A DNA stretch of 64,000 bases from a candidate division FCPU426 bacterium (GCA_963796105.1 CAWCKJ010000004.1:448001-512000); one strand, 5' to 3'; shown: positions 7,424 to 17,763, counted from the first letter of the stretch. Made by a program: numbers and translations. The notes: generated by a model not told the origin, from the letters alone.

Positions 7424-9994
7424 ATGGAACAGTCTCAAACCAGAACCAAGGTCATGCAAACCCTGGGGATCCTCCTTCCCCTGCTCCTCTTTTACGCCGC
7501 CCTCTGGGTCCTGCGCCGGGAAATCCGGGCCAGCCACTACCAGGAAGTCCTTCAATACCTCAAGCAGATTCCCGACCGGAGTTTCCTCCTGGCGTTCCTG
7601 GCCTCCTTGGGAAGCTACCTGGCCCTGACCTTTTATGACGCGTTGGGTCTCAAGCACATTGGAAAAAAACTCTCCTATGCCCGCACCGCCGTGACTTCCT
7701 TCATCGCTTATTCCTTCAGCCACAACATCGGCGCTTCCCTCCTGACGGGGGGCAGCGTGCGCTACAGGCTTTATTCCGCCTGGGGCCTGAACGCGGAGGA
7801 AACCGCCAATGTCCTCCTGGTTTGCGGCATGACTTTCTGGGCGGGATTCATGACCATGGGGGCCGTCTTCTTTTTCCTCCAGCCCCCCGACCTGCCCCCG
7901 AATATCCATTTGCCGTTCAACTCAGTCTTCTCCGCCGGCGTCTTCTGCCTGGCCGTGATCTCCTTCTACCTGCTCATGTGCGCCCTTTTCAAGAAAACCA
8001 TCAGGATTTGGAAATGGTCCTTCCCCACCCCTTCCCTGGGAATCGCCCTGGGCCAGATGGCGGCGGGATGCATGGATTGGACCTGCTCCGGCCTGGCCCT
8101 GTTCCTCCTCCTGCCTGCCTCCTCCGTGTCTTTTCCCTCCTTCATGGCGATTTATTTGCTGGCCCAATTCGTCGGCTTCGCCAGCCAAGTGCCGGGCGGC
8201 CTGGGAATCCTGGAAACCATCATTGTGATACTTCTTTCCCCCGTTCTTCACGCGCCTGACATCTTGGGAGCCATGCTGGCCTTCCGGCTGGTTTATTACC
8301 TCATTCCATTCGTCCTGGGCTTGACGCTCTTCTCCGGAAACGAGATCATCCGCAATAAGCAGGGTTTCAAGCGCGCCCTGCAGATCCTCAACCGCTGGGC
8401 CCCCGATTTCGCGCCCCACGTCTTTTCCGTCCTCTTGTTCCTTTGCGGGGCCCTGGTCCTTTACTCGAACGCCTCCCCGGAGTCCCCCCGTCAGATGGCC
8501 TGGCTCTCGGAATACCTCCCTCTTCCCTTCCTGGAATCCTCCCACTTCCTGGTGGGCCTCGTGGGGGCCCTCTTGATGGTGGCGGCCCGCGGCCTCCAGC
8601 AGAAACTGGAAGGGGCCTACACTCTTTCCCTGATTCTCCTGGGCGCCGGCCTCCTTGGATGCCTCTTCAAGGGCTTCGATTACCAGGAGGCCCTCGTCCT
8701 GCTCATCCTCTTCGGGCTCCTGCTTCCGACCCGGGCCTATTTCCCGAGAAAATCATCCCTCATCCAGCAGCGTTATCCCCCCCTCTGGGTGGCTGCGGTC
8801 CTATTCGTCTGGCTGGGCTGTATCTGGGTGGGAGTCTTTAATTACCGCTACATCGAGGACTACTCCAGCGACCTTTGGACCACCTTCGCCTTGGACGAGG
8901 ACGCCGCGAGGTTCCTGAGATCCAACCTGGGCACGGTGATGACCCTTCTTATATTTTCCCTGGTGGCCCTGTTCTCCCCCTCCCAGCCGGAAACGGAATT
9001 CCCGAACCCTTCCGATCTTTCCAAAACCCTGGGTCCCATCGGGAAATCCCGGCGTTCCTATCCGCACCTGGCCCTCCTCGGGGACAAGGCCCTTCTCTTC
9101 AATAAAAAAGGGGATTCTTTCCTGATGTACGCCATCGAGGGAAAATGCTGGACCGCCTTGGGCGACCCGGTGGGCGGCGCGAAAGAGGGGGAGGAACTGA
9201 CCCAAAAGTTCCGCGAGCTTTGCCGGAGGAAAAAAGCCTGGGCCCTCTTTTACCTGGTGGATAAGGACCATTTCCAGTTCTACCTGGACATGGGCATGAC
9301 GGTCCTGAAAATCGGCGAGGAAGCCAGGGTATCCTTGGATAAATACGACCCCGACACCTCCCTTCCCCCCGACTTGAGGGAAACCCGGCAAAGACTGGCG
9401 GGGAACGAGGACTATTCCTTCGAGGTCCTGGAACAGGGATCGGATAAAGTTCCCTGGGAGGAACTGAAAGCCGTGTCCGAGAGCTGGCTGAGCCGCAACA
9501 AGACCCGCGAGAAGGGTTTTTCCATGGGATTCTTCCAGAAGGAATACCTGGAGAAATTTCCACTGGCCCTCCTCCGGGAAGAGGGCCGGGTGACGGCCTT
9601 CGCCAACCTCCTGCCTGCCAATGGAAAGGTTGAGATAGCGGTGGATTTGCTGAGGTCTTCCTCGGATGCCGGCCCGGTCTTGGAGGATTACCTACTCACG
9701 GAAACCATGGTTTGGGCCAAGGAGAAGGGATACCGCTGGTTCAACCTGGGGACGGCCTCCTTGATCGACCTGGAGGAAAGCCCCCTGGCCCCCTTCAAAG
9801 CCCAGATGACCGGCATGTTCTCCCCTCACGTGGAAGGGCCGGCCATGGGCGACATCCGCAAGGGAATGGGGCGGTTCAGCCCTGAATGGGTCCCCAAGTA
9901 CCTGGCGACCTCCAGCAACCTGCCCCTGTCCGTGGCCTTCGCCAATATCCATTCCTTGATCGCCCGCGGCAACCGGATCCGTTTAAAAAAATAA
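7424..9994 (+). CDS. mprF: MprF-like aminoacyl-phosphatidylglycerol flippase/synthase
   Basis: About 14 TM segments with GGSVRYRLY and VPGGLGILE; C-terminal domain with GDK, LGDPVG, KIGEEA, EKGFSMG, DLLR. Confidence 0.88.
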   Translation: MEQSQTRTKVMQTLGILLPLLLFYAALWVLRREIRASHYQEVLQYLKQIPDRSFLLAFLASLGSYLALTFYDALGLKHIGKKLSYARTAVTSFIAYSFSHNIGASLLTGGSVRYRLYSAWGLNAEETANVLLVCGMTFWAGFMTMGAVFFFLQPPDLPPNIHLPFNSVFSAGVFCLAVISFYLLMCALFKKTIRIWKWSFPTPSLGIALGQMAAGCMDWTCSGLALFLLLPASSVSFPSFMAIYLLAQFVGFASQVPGGLGILETIIVILLSPVLHAPDILGAMLAFRLVYYLIPFVLGLTLFSGNEIIRNKQGFKRALQILNRWAPDFAPHVFSVLLFLCGALVLYSNASPESPRQMAWLSEYLPLPFLESSHFLVGLVGALLMVAARGLQQKLEGAYTLSLILLGAGLLGCLFKGFDYQEALVLLILFGLLLPTRAYFPRKSSLIQQRYPPLWVAAVLFVWLGCIWVGVFNYRYIEDYSSDLWTTFALDEDAARFLRSNLGTVMTLLIFSLVALFSPSQPETEFPNPSDLSKTLGPIGKSRRSYPHLALLGDKALLFNKKGDSFLMYAIEGKCWTALGDPVGGAKEGEELTQKFRELCRRKKAWALFYLVDKDHFQFYLDMGMTVLKIGEEARVSLDKYDPDTSLPPDLRETRQRLAGNEDYSFEVLEQGSDKVPWEELKAVSESWLSRNKTREKGFSMGFFQKEYLEKFPLALLREEGRVTAFANLLPANGKVEIAVDLLRSSSDAGPVLEDYLLTETMVWAKEKGYRWFNLGTASLIDLEESPLAPFKAQMTGMFSPHVEGPAMGDIRKGMGRFSPEWVPKYLATSSNLPLSVAFANIHSLIARGNRIRLKK

Positions 9995-10028
9995 AAGCCG
10001 TCCTAATTAAACAAAAGTCCAGTCATTT

Positions 10029-10326
10029 GCCATGGATTCAGGGGATGCAGGGGATAAAAAATGAAAAATGTAAATTTTTCAATTCAAAAAGGTTTCAGAT
10101 CATGACAAGAGCAATGCTCTTGCGCCCAATTGGGCGTTGTGGTCATGCCAGCCTTCCGTAAAGCTTTTAATGTGGCTGGCATGGTACCGATCTCTTTATA
10201 TTTTTATGGATGATCGGTACAAGTCTGAGGACCGTGGAAAAATTCATTTTTCCATCGGCCGTTAGCTGGACCATAGAACATGATCGAAATGCGCTTTAAA
10301 TCCCATGAATCCCATGTATCCGTGGC
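10029..10326 (+). repeat. Repeat shell A, copy 2, containing module B (10098-10285, inverted relative to copies 3 and 4), which contains element C
   Basis: Terminal GCCATGGATTCAGGGGATGCAGGGGAT and ATCCCATGAATCCCATGTATCCGTGGC. Confidence 0.85.
10146..10219 (+). mobile_element. Double-hairpin mini-element C, copy 3
   Basis: CA|TGCCAGCC...GGCTGGCA TGG TACCGATC...GATCGGTA|CA; absent from module B in copies 3 and 4. Confidence 0.8.
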
Positions 10327-10378
10327 TAGAGAGTGTTTTAGATAGGTGTATAAACAAATATCACAAATCGGAATTCCC

Positions 10379-11041
10379 ATGAAAACCCCTCAGAATCAAA
10401 ATCGAACCAACCAAAATATTTTTAATTGGATTTCCCTACAGCGTCACCCTCAAACGGTCCTTGTTTTATTTCTTTTCATTCTCCTGGCGGGGTTCTTTTC
10501 CGGCTGTGCCCCAAGCCGGTATGAGTTGGGCGAGACGGAAGAGGCGGCATCGCCCGATGAGGCCATCCACAACGCGGAGGAGTTCCTCAGGACCCGCCCC
10601 AACTGGAAGGTGGATTGTTCCCACTTCGTGCTGGCTTGCTACCATTCCAGGAGCATGAACGCCTTCCTGAACCGGCGCAAATACCACCATAATTTGGTGT
10701 ACGACTTGAATTATTTCCTGACCCAGCGAAAGACCCGGCGCAAGAGGGCCGCGGATATCCAGCCTGGCGACATCCTCATATTCAACAAGACCTATGACAT
10801 CAACCATGACGGGCGGATCGATGACAGGGACACTTTCACCCACACGGGGATCGTGGAGAATTTTCAGGACCGGGTGGTGACCTATATCGACGCATCGGAA
10901 TCCCGGAAACCCCCTCGCCTTCACCGGAGGCGTTTCAGCTTTTGGGGCGACAAATACAATGAAACCGTGGCCAGGGACCCCGCCACCGGCAGGAAAATCC
11001 ACGCCAGGGAAACTTTTTTCGCGGCTTATGGCCCGCCTTGA
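10379..11041 (+). CDS. NlpC/P60 (CHAP-like) cysteine peptidase lipoprotein
   Basis: Lipobox FSGC; VDCSHFV, PGDILIF, HTGIV. Confidence 0.75.
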   Translation: MKTPQNQNRTNQNIFNWISLQRHPQTVLVLFLFILLAGFFSGCAPSRYELGETEEAASPDEAIHNAEEFLRTRPNWKVDCSHFVLACYHSRSMNAFLNRRKYHHNLVYDLNYFLTQRKTRRKRAADIQPGDILIFNKTYDINHDGRIDDRDTFTHTGIVENFQDRVVTYIDASESRKPPRLHRRRFSFWGDKYNETVARDPATGRKIHARETFFAAYGPP

Positions 11042-11049
11042 GGAATGAA

Positions 11050-11511
11050 ATGCTCCACGTCGTGCTGATCGAGCCGGAAATCCCATGGAATACCGGAAAC
11101 ATTGGCCGCACCTGCCTGGGGGCGGGCGCCCAACTGCATTTGGTGGGCCGGTTGGGATTTCACCTGGACAACAAGGAAGTCGAGCGGGCGGGGTTGGATT
11201 ATTGGGACAAGGTCCCCCTCCACCGGCACACGACCTGGGAGGATTTCCTCAAGTCCATGCCTCCCCAGGCTCCCCTCTTTTTCTTTTCCACAAAAGGAAC
11301 GAAGACTTTCTGGGAGGCGGATTTTTCGAAAGGTGGATACCTGATTTTCGGGAAGGAAACCGCGGGATTCCCGAAGAGATTCTATGAGGACTACAAGAAA
11401 AAGCTGTACCGCATCCCCCAGAAAGACGAGTCCATCCGAAGCTTGAACCTATCCACCTCGGTGGGAATCGTCCTTTATGAGGCCCTCCGTCAAACCCACT
11501 CCCCGCGGTAA
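11050..11511 (+). CDS. trmL: tRNA (cytidine/uridine-34-2'-O)-methyltransferase
   Basis: PEIPWNTGNIGRTC, RAGLDYW, FGKETAG, RSLNLS. Confidence 0.93.
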   Translation: MLHVVLIEPEIPWNTGNIGRTCLGAGAQLHLVGRLGFHLDNKEVERAGLDYWDKVPLHRHTTWEDFLKSMPPQAPLFFFSTKGTKTFWEADFSKGGYLIFGKETAGFPKRFYEDYKKKLYRIPQKDESIRSLNLSTSVGIVLYEALRQTHSPR

Positions 11512-11540
11512 AGAAAAGCTTTTTTCCGCCGATTTCAACG

Positions 11541-12068
11541 CTATTGGTTCGCGGCGCTGGGAATGGCTTTCCAGGCAACCTGGGCTTTGGGTGACAAGGA
11601 GTCCATATGCTTGAGGAAGAGCGTCAGCTTCCAGACCTGGTCATCCGTCAAGGTCTTGCTGAATCCCGGCATGCCGGTCAAACGAATGCCGTGCTTGACC
11701 TTCCAGAATGTAACTCCCTCCGGGTCGTCTTCAACCCCGTCACTCGCCAGCTGGGGCGCCTTTTGGTATAGGCCCAAGGCGATATTGGATGGCTTTCCAT
11801 CGGAAGAACCGTGGCAGACGGCGCAGTTGACGGCGTAGAGCTTGATCCCCTCGATCAGGTTCGGCTCGTTATATTCGACCGGATAAGGCCCCTTGGGCGC
11901 CTCCCGTTGGATGGCGGCGTGGAGGGATTTCCGGGCCATCCATTTTTCCAGAGCCGGCGGCTTCCCGTCGGCGTTGGCCGGCATGGAACCAGAAGCTATA
12001 AAGAAGTATGCCCCCAGGACCCCGCAAAGCAGGGTGATGAGTATTCCAACGATTATTCCTTTTCCCAT
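11541..12068 (-). CDS. Membrane-anchored monoheme cytochrome c
   Basis: N-terminal TM helix, CAVCH heme motif, GIRLTGMP distal Met. Confidence 0.85.
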   Translation of the reverse strand: MGKGIIVGILITLLCGVLGAYFFIASGSMPANADGKPPALEKWMARKSLHAAIQREAPKGPYPVEYNEPNLIEGIKLYAVNCAVCHGSSDGKPSNIALGLYQKAPQLASDGVEDDPEGVTFWKVKHGIRLTGMPGFSKTLTDDQVWKLTLFLKHMDSLSPKAQVAWKAIPSAANQ

Positions 12069-12116
12069 GTATGCCTCCCCTTCGCGGACAACTTGCGTAA
12101 CGATTTTTCAAAAGAA

Positions 12117-12419
12117 TTAAACAGCCTGATAAACTCGGACTTCTTTCTTCAAGCGGGATGCCAGGTGATCGGATTCCTGGTCCAGCTCATAATCCATTTG
12201 CAGACCAAGCCAAAATTGGGGGGACATATTGAAATATTTGCCCAAGCGCAGTGCCGTATCGGCGGTGATCCCCCTTTTACCTTGGACAATCTCATTGATC
12301 CGGCGGGGGGGAACCCCTAAATCCTGGCCTAACTTATTTTGGCTGATTCCCATTGTTTTGAGAAACTCTTCCTGGAGAACCTCGCCCGGATGAAGCGGCG
12401 GTATTTTCGATTCTTTCAT
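12117..12419 (-). CDS. higA: HigA antitoxin (HTH-XRE)
   Basis: HPGEVLQEEFL, RINEIV.GKRGITADTALRL, FWLGLQ. Confidence 0.93.
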   Translation of the reverse strand: MKESKIPPLHPGEVLQEEFLKTMGISQNKLGQDLGVPPRRINEIVQGKRGITADTALRLGKYFNMSPQFWLGLQMDYELDQESDHLASRLKKEVRVYQAV

Positions 12420-12428
12420 TTTTGCCTC

Positions 12429-12710
12429 CTAGTGATAATCCACAATCTCAACGTTATGGGCGTGCATATTCCGCCGCTCAAAGCAAACCCGCCATTGGTC
12501 ATTAATCCGAATACTATGTTGCCCTCGCCGGCTGCCATGCAAAGCCTCTAACCTGTTCGCGGGGGGAACCCTCAAATCGTTTAAGGTGACAGCCCTGTTT
12601 AACATGCGGAGCTTCCGGAAAGCAACCTTTTGAATGTCATGAGGCAGCCGATGTGAAAAAGTCCGGTTAAATATCAGTTCGGCCTCTTTACCCTTGAAAT
12701 TCCGGATCAT
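12429..12710 (-). CDS. higB: HigB toxin (RelE superfamily)
   Basis: DLRVPPANRLEAL.G.R.GQHSIRINDQWR, VEIVDYH. Confidence 0.93.
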   Translation of the reverse strand: MIRNFKGKEAELIFNRTFSHRLPHDIQKVAFRKLRMLNRAVTLNDLRVPPANRLEALHGSRRGQHSIRINDQWRVCFERRNMHAHNVEIVDYH

Positions 12711-12716
12711 GTCATG

Positions 12717-12745
12717 AGGGTATAACGGGATGCGTTATACGTCAA
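12717..12745 (-). promoter_or_regulatory. higBA promoter with palindromic operator; probably a leaderless transcript
   Basis: TTGACG-N17-TACCCT then 6 nt to ATG; palindrome GTATAACG-N5-CGTTATAC (12720-12740) in the spacer. Confidence 0.7.
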
Positions 12746-12874
12746 GGGGGGGGTGTATATGGTTTTCGGCCTGCGATTGGCATGGGATTTCGGGGAAACC
12801 TAAGGTTAAATTTTATATCCCGTCAGATCCCTCTCTAAATATTGAGCTCAGCCTATAACCATGTTTTCCTGGAA

Positions 12875-14458
12875 TTAGTGTGCTTCTAAAGGGCCCGGGG
12901 GTTTTGCCGGTCGGTGCAGGAAAAAGGTCGGGATCAGGGTCAGGCTGAAGGCAATCGCCATCACCCACATCATGAAGTCAAAGCTCACCACGAAGGTTTG
13001 TTTCTGCACCCGGAAGTAGGCCTCCTTCGCCAGGAGGCTGTTGGCGCTGAACATCCCCAGCTCATTGGATAGCTTGTAACCCATGGCCTTGGCGCTGGAA
13101 ACCCACTGGGTGTAATTCATGTTCAGGGGGCTGATGAATGGCACCAGGTGCGAGTAAACCCTGTCCTGGGACTGCTTGAACATGGTGGAAAAAGCCGCGA
13201 TGCCCACGCTTCCGCCGATCTGGCGGGCGAGGTTCATGATGCCGGCCGCCTGGCCCAGGTTGGGCCCGGTGAAGCCCCCCAGCACGACCGCGTTGATGGG
13301 AACGAAGAGGCTCGACATGCCCGCCCCCCGGATCATCAGGGGCCAGAAAAGGTTCCAATAGGTGGATTGGGAGGAGAAGTGGGCGATCATGTATAGCGCG
13401 ATCTCCGAGCAGGAAAGCCCGTAGAAAATGAACAGCCTGGGGTCGCGTTTCTGGATCCGCATTCCGATGACGGGCATCATCAACCCCGACAGGATGGCGC
13501 TGGGCATGAAAAGGTTCCCTGTCTGGGTGGCGTTCATGCTCAGCATGAACTGGGCGAAAATGGGGACGAAGAAGATCAGCGCGTAAAGCATCCCACCGAC
13601 TGAGGCCATGAGGAAAGTGCCGCTGACCAGAGTGATGCTCTTGAAAAGCCTCAGGTCCACGATGGGGTGCTCCACCTGCAGTTCCCACCAGAGGAATGCC
13701 GGCAGGGTGATCGCGGCGATCCCGCCCGTCAAAAGGATGGTACCGGAGGAAAACCAGTCATCCGCCTCTCCCCGTTCCAGCATGAATTGGAGGCATCCGA
13801 CCCCCGCCACCAGCAGGGCCAGGCCGATGAAATCCACCGGGGCGTTTCTCAGGCGGTTATGGTGTTCCTCGTGGTGCTGTTCCACCTTGTAATCCGGCAC
13901 GTAGAGCGCGGCCAGGAACGCCGCCAAGAGGCCCAAGGGCAGATTGATGTTGAAGATGGCCCGCCATCCGAAATGGTCCGTCAGGAATCCCCCCAAGGGG
14001 GGCCCCAGGGTCGGCCCGATGATGACCACCATCCCGTAGAGCGCGCTTCCCAGCCCCGATCGGCCGGGAAAAGCTTCCTGGATGAGCGCCTGGGATGTGG
14101 GAAGCAATGCCCCTCCCGCCAAACCCTGGATGACCCTGAACGCGATCAAAGTGTGGAGGTTGGGGGCCAACCCGCAGGCCACCGAGGCGGCCACGAAGGA
14201 TAGGATGCAGGTGATGTAATACAAGCGGCGGCCGAACCGGACTCCCAGCCAGCCCGAGATGGGAAGGACGATGGCGTTGGAGATGATGTAGCCCGTCACC
14301 ACCCATCCGATCTCATCAAGTGTGGCTCCCAGGTTCCCCATCATGGTGGGAATAGCCACGTTGACGATGGAGGTATCGATGATCTCCAGCATGGAGGCCA
14401 GGCCGGCCGTCACCACCATGAGAACCGCGGCTTTGGATATTCCTTTTTCTGGTGTCAT
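12875..14458 (-). CDS. emrB: DHA2-family MFS efflux transporter (EmrB-like)
   Basis: DTSIVNVAIP, WVVTGY, FRVIQG, GPTLGPPLGG, WRAIFNINLP; 14 TM pattern. Confidence 0.88.
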   Translation of the reverse strand: MTPEKGISKAAVLMVVTAGLASMLEIIDTSIVNVAIPTMMGNLGATLDEIGWVVTGYIISNAIVLPISGWLGVRFGRRLYYITCILSFVAASVACGLAPNLHTLIAFRVIQGLAGGALLPTSQALIQEAFPGRSGLGSALYGMVVIIGPTLGPPLGGFLTDHFGWRAIFNINLPLGLLAAFLAALYVPDYKVEQHHEEHHNRLRNAPVDFIGLALLVAGVGCLQFMLERGEADDWFSSGTILLTGGIAAITLPAFLWWELQVEHPIVDLRLFKSITLVSGTFLMASVGGMLYALIFFVPIFAQFMLSMNATQTGNLFMPSAILSGLMMPVIGMRIQKRDPRLFIFYGLSCSEIALYMIAHFSSQSTYWNLFWPLMIRGAGMSSLFVPINAVVLGGFTGPNLGQAAGIMNLARQIGGSVGIAAFSTMFKQSQDRVYSHLVPFISPLNMNYTQWVSSAKAMGYKLSNELGMFSANSLLAKEAYFRVQKQTFVVSFDFMMWVMAIAFSLTLIPTFFLHRPAKPPGPLEAH

Positions 14459-14674
14459 GGAAATTGATCCTTATAGTCCGCCGGGGGAATTAACCGTGAT
14501 TTCGGCCCGGGTTTAAGAAATGTAACTTCTTGCAAAACTAAAGCCCAACCCAATTGGTCCTTCTCACGGCATAGGAACCCAGTTTAAATCCTCTGAAAAT
14601 TGAGGTTTTTTTCCTACTGTGCCCCTGTGGTTCCAAAAGAACCTGTGGTGGGTTTGGATTTTTATTTGTTACTT

Positions 14675-15529
14675 TTAATTGACCCGGACATCCACGATCG
14701 CGGACAAGCCTGCCGCCATGCGGTCGATATCCTCGGCGCTCAAATTCTCGAGCTTGATCTTGACCGGAATCCTCTGGACCACCTTGGTGAAGTTGCCGGT
14801 GGAGTTATCCGGCGGAAGCAGGGTGAAGGTGGAGCCCGTGGCGGACCCGATGGAATCAATCACTCCCTGGTATTTTTTCCCGCTGATGGCGTCCACATCG
14901 ACTTCCACTTTCTGCCCGATCTTGACGCGGGAAAGCTGGGTTTCCTTGAAGTTGGCGGTCACCCATCTTTCCTGGGCGCTCACAAACCCGAACAGGGCCT
15001 GTCCGGGAGGGATTACCATGCCCGGCTCCACGGCTTTCTTGGCGATGGCCCCGTCCTCAGGCGCGGTGATCTGGGTGTAGCCCAGGTTCAGCTTGGCCTG
15101 GTCGGCCTTGAATTGGTCGGCCTTCAAGCGTGACTGCAGGTTCCGATAACGGGCGAAAGCCGCGTCATACTGCTGTTTGGAAACAGCCGCTTCCTGATAG
15201 AGTTTTGTGACCCTGTCGTAGTCGAGCGTGGCCTGCTCCAGGTCAGCCTGGATGGAGGCTTCGTCCGCCACCGCCTGGTTGTAGGCCGTGGTGTAGTCCC
15301 GGTCGTCGATCTGGGCCAAAAGCTGGCCCGCCTTGACCTTGTCGTTCTCATCCACCAGGACCTTGCTGATAGTCCCCCCGATGCGGGCTGAAAGCATCAG
15401 TGAATGCGCCTGGACATAGGCGTCATCCGTGGATTCCCACAAATAAGCCCTGACGATAAAAACCGCCGCCAATACCGCCGCGAGAATAACCGCTCCCCTA
15501 ATGAAGAAACTTTTTCTTCCGTTACTCAT
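14675..15529 (-). CDS. emrA: EmrA/HlyD membrane fusion protein
   Basis: ESTDDAYV, ANFKETQL, LLPPDNSTGNFTKVVQRIPVKI. Confidence 0.9.
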   Translation of the reverse strand: MSNGRKSFFIRGAVILAAVLAAVFIVRAYLWESTDDAYVQAHSLMLSARIGGTISKVLVDENDKVKAGQLLAQIDDRDYTTAYNQAVADEASIQADLEQATLDYDRVTKLYQEAAVSKQQYDAAFARYRNLQSRLKADQFKADQAKLNLGYTQITAPEDGAIAKKAVEPGMVIPPGQALFGFVSAQERWVTANFKETQLSRVKIGQKVEVDVDAISGKKYQGVIDSIGSATGSTFTLLPPDNSTGNFTKVVQRIPVKIKLENLSAEDIDRMAAGLSAIVDVRVN

Positions 15530-16883
15530 GACCTATTCTCCTCCCCACCGCCATTTCCAAATTAATCAACGCTTCCATGGCGGAGACTTGGGCTTGTACG
15601 ACGCCCGAGGAAGCGCGGAATTGGTCCAGCTCTGCGTCCAGCACGTCCGTGGTCGTGCGGGTACCCGCCTTGAAGCCCAGCGTCGCGAGACGAACGCTTT
15701 CCTTGGCCTTGTCCACGTCGGTCAATTTGGACTGGTATATGGATACGTTAGAAACCAACCGGCGCTTCCAGAGGTCGAAACTATAGGGGGCATCCAGTTG
15801 GGAGGCTTCCAATTCATCCTTCGCTTCCTTCGCCTTCTCGCTGGCTTCATTGGCCTTCGCCACCGACAATCCCCCGTCCAAGATGTCCCAATTGGCGGTC
15901 GCCCCTACGAAATAACTATTGTTAAAGTTTCCGGTGTTGGAAATAGCGGGCGGGTTCAAGGATGTATAATCCTGGGCGTCGTACCATTGGCACTCGCCAA
16001 TGAGGGAAACGCGGGGAAACCAAAAGGAATTCGCGGCCGCGCTCTGGTCCAAGGCCGCTTTCGCTTGCAGTTCCTTGGCCTTGAGGTCCGGGCGGTTCTT
16101 GTAATCCACTGTTTCAGCGTCCTTAAGGAGCATGTCCGCGTCCAGGACCGGAAGGTCCCCCACCAGGGGCCGGTCATCCTTCTTATAGCCCATGGCGCGG
16201 GCCAGGTTCTCCCTCGTCAGGACGACGTTGTCATGGGCGGAAATCTGGTCGGATTTGGCTTCCGAAAGTTGGACCTCCACCCTGAGGACGTCGTATTTGG
16301 TGGCCTGTCCGTTCTCCAATTGGTCGTTGACGATGCGAAGGTGGTCTTCCAAGGTTTTAACGTTCTGGTCCGCCATGTCGGAAATTTTCTTGGCGGCCAG
16401 GGCCTGCGCGAAACCCAGGCGTAAATGCTCCCTCAATTGGAACTCGGACCAATCGGAAAGGATCTTCGCCGCCTCATGCCGGTTGTTGGCGGCGTTGAGG
16501 CTATGGATATTCCTCAATCCGTCGAAAAGATCGTATTGGGCGTCCAAGGTCAGGGTGGCGACCGGGAAATTCTCAACGAAAGGGATCAAGTTGGGGCCTG
16601 AAAAGGCGATCATTTCTTCCCCATATTTTTCGCTCATGAAATATTTTCCGTCGATGGAAACATGCGGCAGGAATCCCTGAGAGAGAGCCTCGAACTGGCC
16701 CCAGGAGGCTTCCCGCTCCGCTGCTTGGGATTCGTGGTAAAGGGGGGAACGTTCCACCGCTTCTTTTTGGGCCTCCTCCAAGGTCAAGGTTTGTCCCGGG
16801 GGCGCCGTTTCTTCCTGCGAGAAAGCCTGTCCCGCCAAAGCCGTCATCAAGGCTGAAATCAATAAAAGATTCAGGTATCTCAT
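15522..16883 (-). CDS. TolC-family outer membrane efflux protein
   Basis: Real start MRYLNLLL overlaps the MarR stop (ATGA); signal peptide; GQATKYDVL and GTRTTTDVLDAE repeats. Confidence 0.88.
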   Translation of the reverse strand: MRYLNLLLISALMTALAGQAFSQEETAPPGQTLTLEEAQKEAVERSPLYHESQAAEREASWGQFEALSQGFLPHVSIDGKYFMSEKYGEEMIAFSGPNLIPFVENFPVATLTLDAQYDLFDGLRNIHSLNAANNRHEAAKILSDWSEFQLREHLRLGFAQALAAKKISDMADQNVKTLEDHLRIVNDQLENGQATKYDVLRVEVQLSEAKSDQISAHDNVVLTRENLARAMGYKKDDRPLVGDLPVLDADMLLKDAETVDYKNRPDLKAKELQAKAALDQSAAANSFWFPRVSLIGECQWYDAQDYTSLNPPAISNTGNFNNSYFVGATANWDILDGGLSVAKANEASEKAKEAKDELEASQLDAPYSFDLWKRRLVSNVSIYQSKLTDVDKAKESVRLATLGFKAGTRTTTDVLDAELDQFRASSGVVQAQVSAMEALINLEMAVGRRIGHE

Positions 16884-17395
16884 GAAATTTTTTCCTTCCC
16901 CGCTACCGCGTGGGTGTAATGGGTCATCACTAATTTTTTCATCAGCTGGAGAAGTTTTTTTTGCTCCTCGGCGGACAAAACCGAAAGGAACTTCTCCTGG
17001 ACTCCCTGGGCCAGGTGCCTGGCTTTCTGGAGTGTTTTCCTCCCCTTTTCCGTCAAGGCCACCGAGTGGGACCTGCGGTCCGTCGGGTGCTCCCGGCGCT
17101 CCACCAATCCCAATTTCTCCAGGTGGTCGATCATGTCCACCATCGTGGTCCTGTCGATATGGACGAGCTTTCCGATCTCCTGCTGGCAGATCAGGCCCTT
17201 GTCCTGGAGGCTCTGGAGGATCCCCAGGTGCTTCCCCAGCAACCCCATGGGTCCCAGATCCCTCGCCTGTAATTCCTGGAGCTTTTGGGAAGCCCTCCCC
17301 ATCAAGAAACCCATCTGGTCCAAGAGGGTCTCGGAAAAGCCGCACCCCCCAGGCTGGGTCTCAAGCTTGTTTTCTTTCGCGGTTTTAACAGTCAT
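16880..17395 (-). CDS. MarR-family transcriptional regulator
   Basis: IDRTTMV..ID.LEK.GLVER...P.DRRS..V.LTEKG. Confidence 0.92.
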   Translation of the reverse strand: MTVKTAKENKLETQPGGCGFSETLLDQMGFLMGRASQKLQELQARDLGPMGLLGKHLGILQSLQDKGLICQQEIGKLVHIDRTTMVDMIDHLEKLGLVERREHPTDRRSHSVALTEKGRKTLQKARHLAQGVQEKFLSVLSAEEQKKLLQLMKKLVMTHYTHAVAGKEKIS

Positions 17396-17423
17396 TTAAT
17401 TGATAACTCTTTTCATCAGTATT

Positions 17424-17462
17424 CGGATAGTCAGTAATACTGATTATCCGGATGCGAGTCAA
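17424..17462 (-). promoter_or_regulatory. Putative MarR operator overlapping the promoter
   Basis: Palindrome CGGATAGTCAGTA-A-TACTGATTATCCG; TTGACT -35 at 17462-17457. Confidence 0.7.
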
Positions 17463-17540
17463 GACCCCCTTTGTATTTTTCGGGACAAAAAACACCCTGG
17501 CAGGTAATACAGTTGAATTAATCATGGAAAAATTAGACCT

Positions 17541-17683
17541 GTCATTGTGCCGATCAACCTAAAAAAAATTTTTAGAGATCGGTACGATACCGACCTCTTT
17601 AACAGTTTTATGGAAGGTCGGCATGCGAGGAATGCCCCGCGAATAGCGGGGCGACAATGACGAAGCAACCCCAGTTTAAATAA
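17541..17683 (+). repeat. Repeat E (GTCATTGCGAG...GAAGCAACCCC) carrying element C
   Basis: Matches 57518-57582 once element C and one TG are removed. Confidence 0.85.
17548..17623 (-). mobile_element. Double-hairpin mini-element C, copy 4
   Basis: TG|TGCCGATC...GATCGGTA CGA TACCGACC...GGTCGGCA|TG. Confidence 0.8.
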
Positions 17684-17763
17684 AGCATTTCTCCCCTATT
17701 TGCCTTTTGAATTGACGGGATAAAATTCTTGACCGGATTCCCCTGGCCGTTTAGTCTCTTTCC

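Noticed and set aside
16884..17345. 154-aa N-terminal extension of the TolC ORF
   Set aside because: Overlaps the MarR gene in another frame; the signal peptide starts at 16883.
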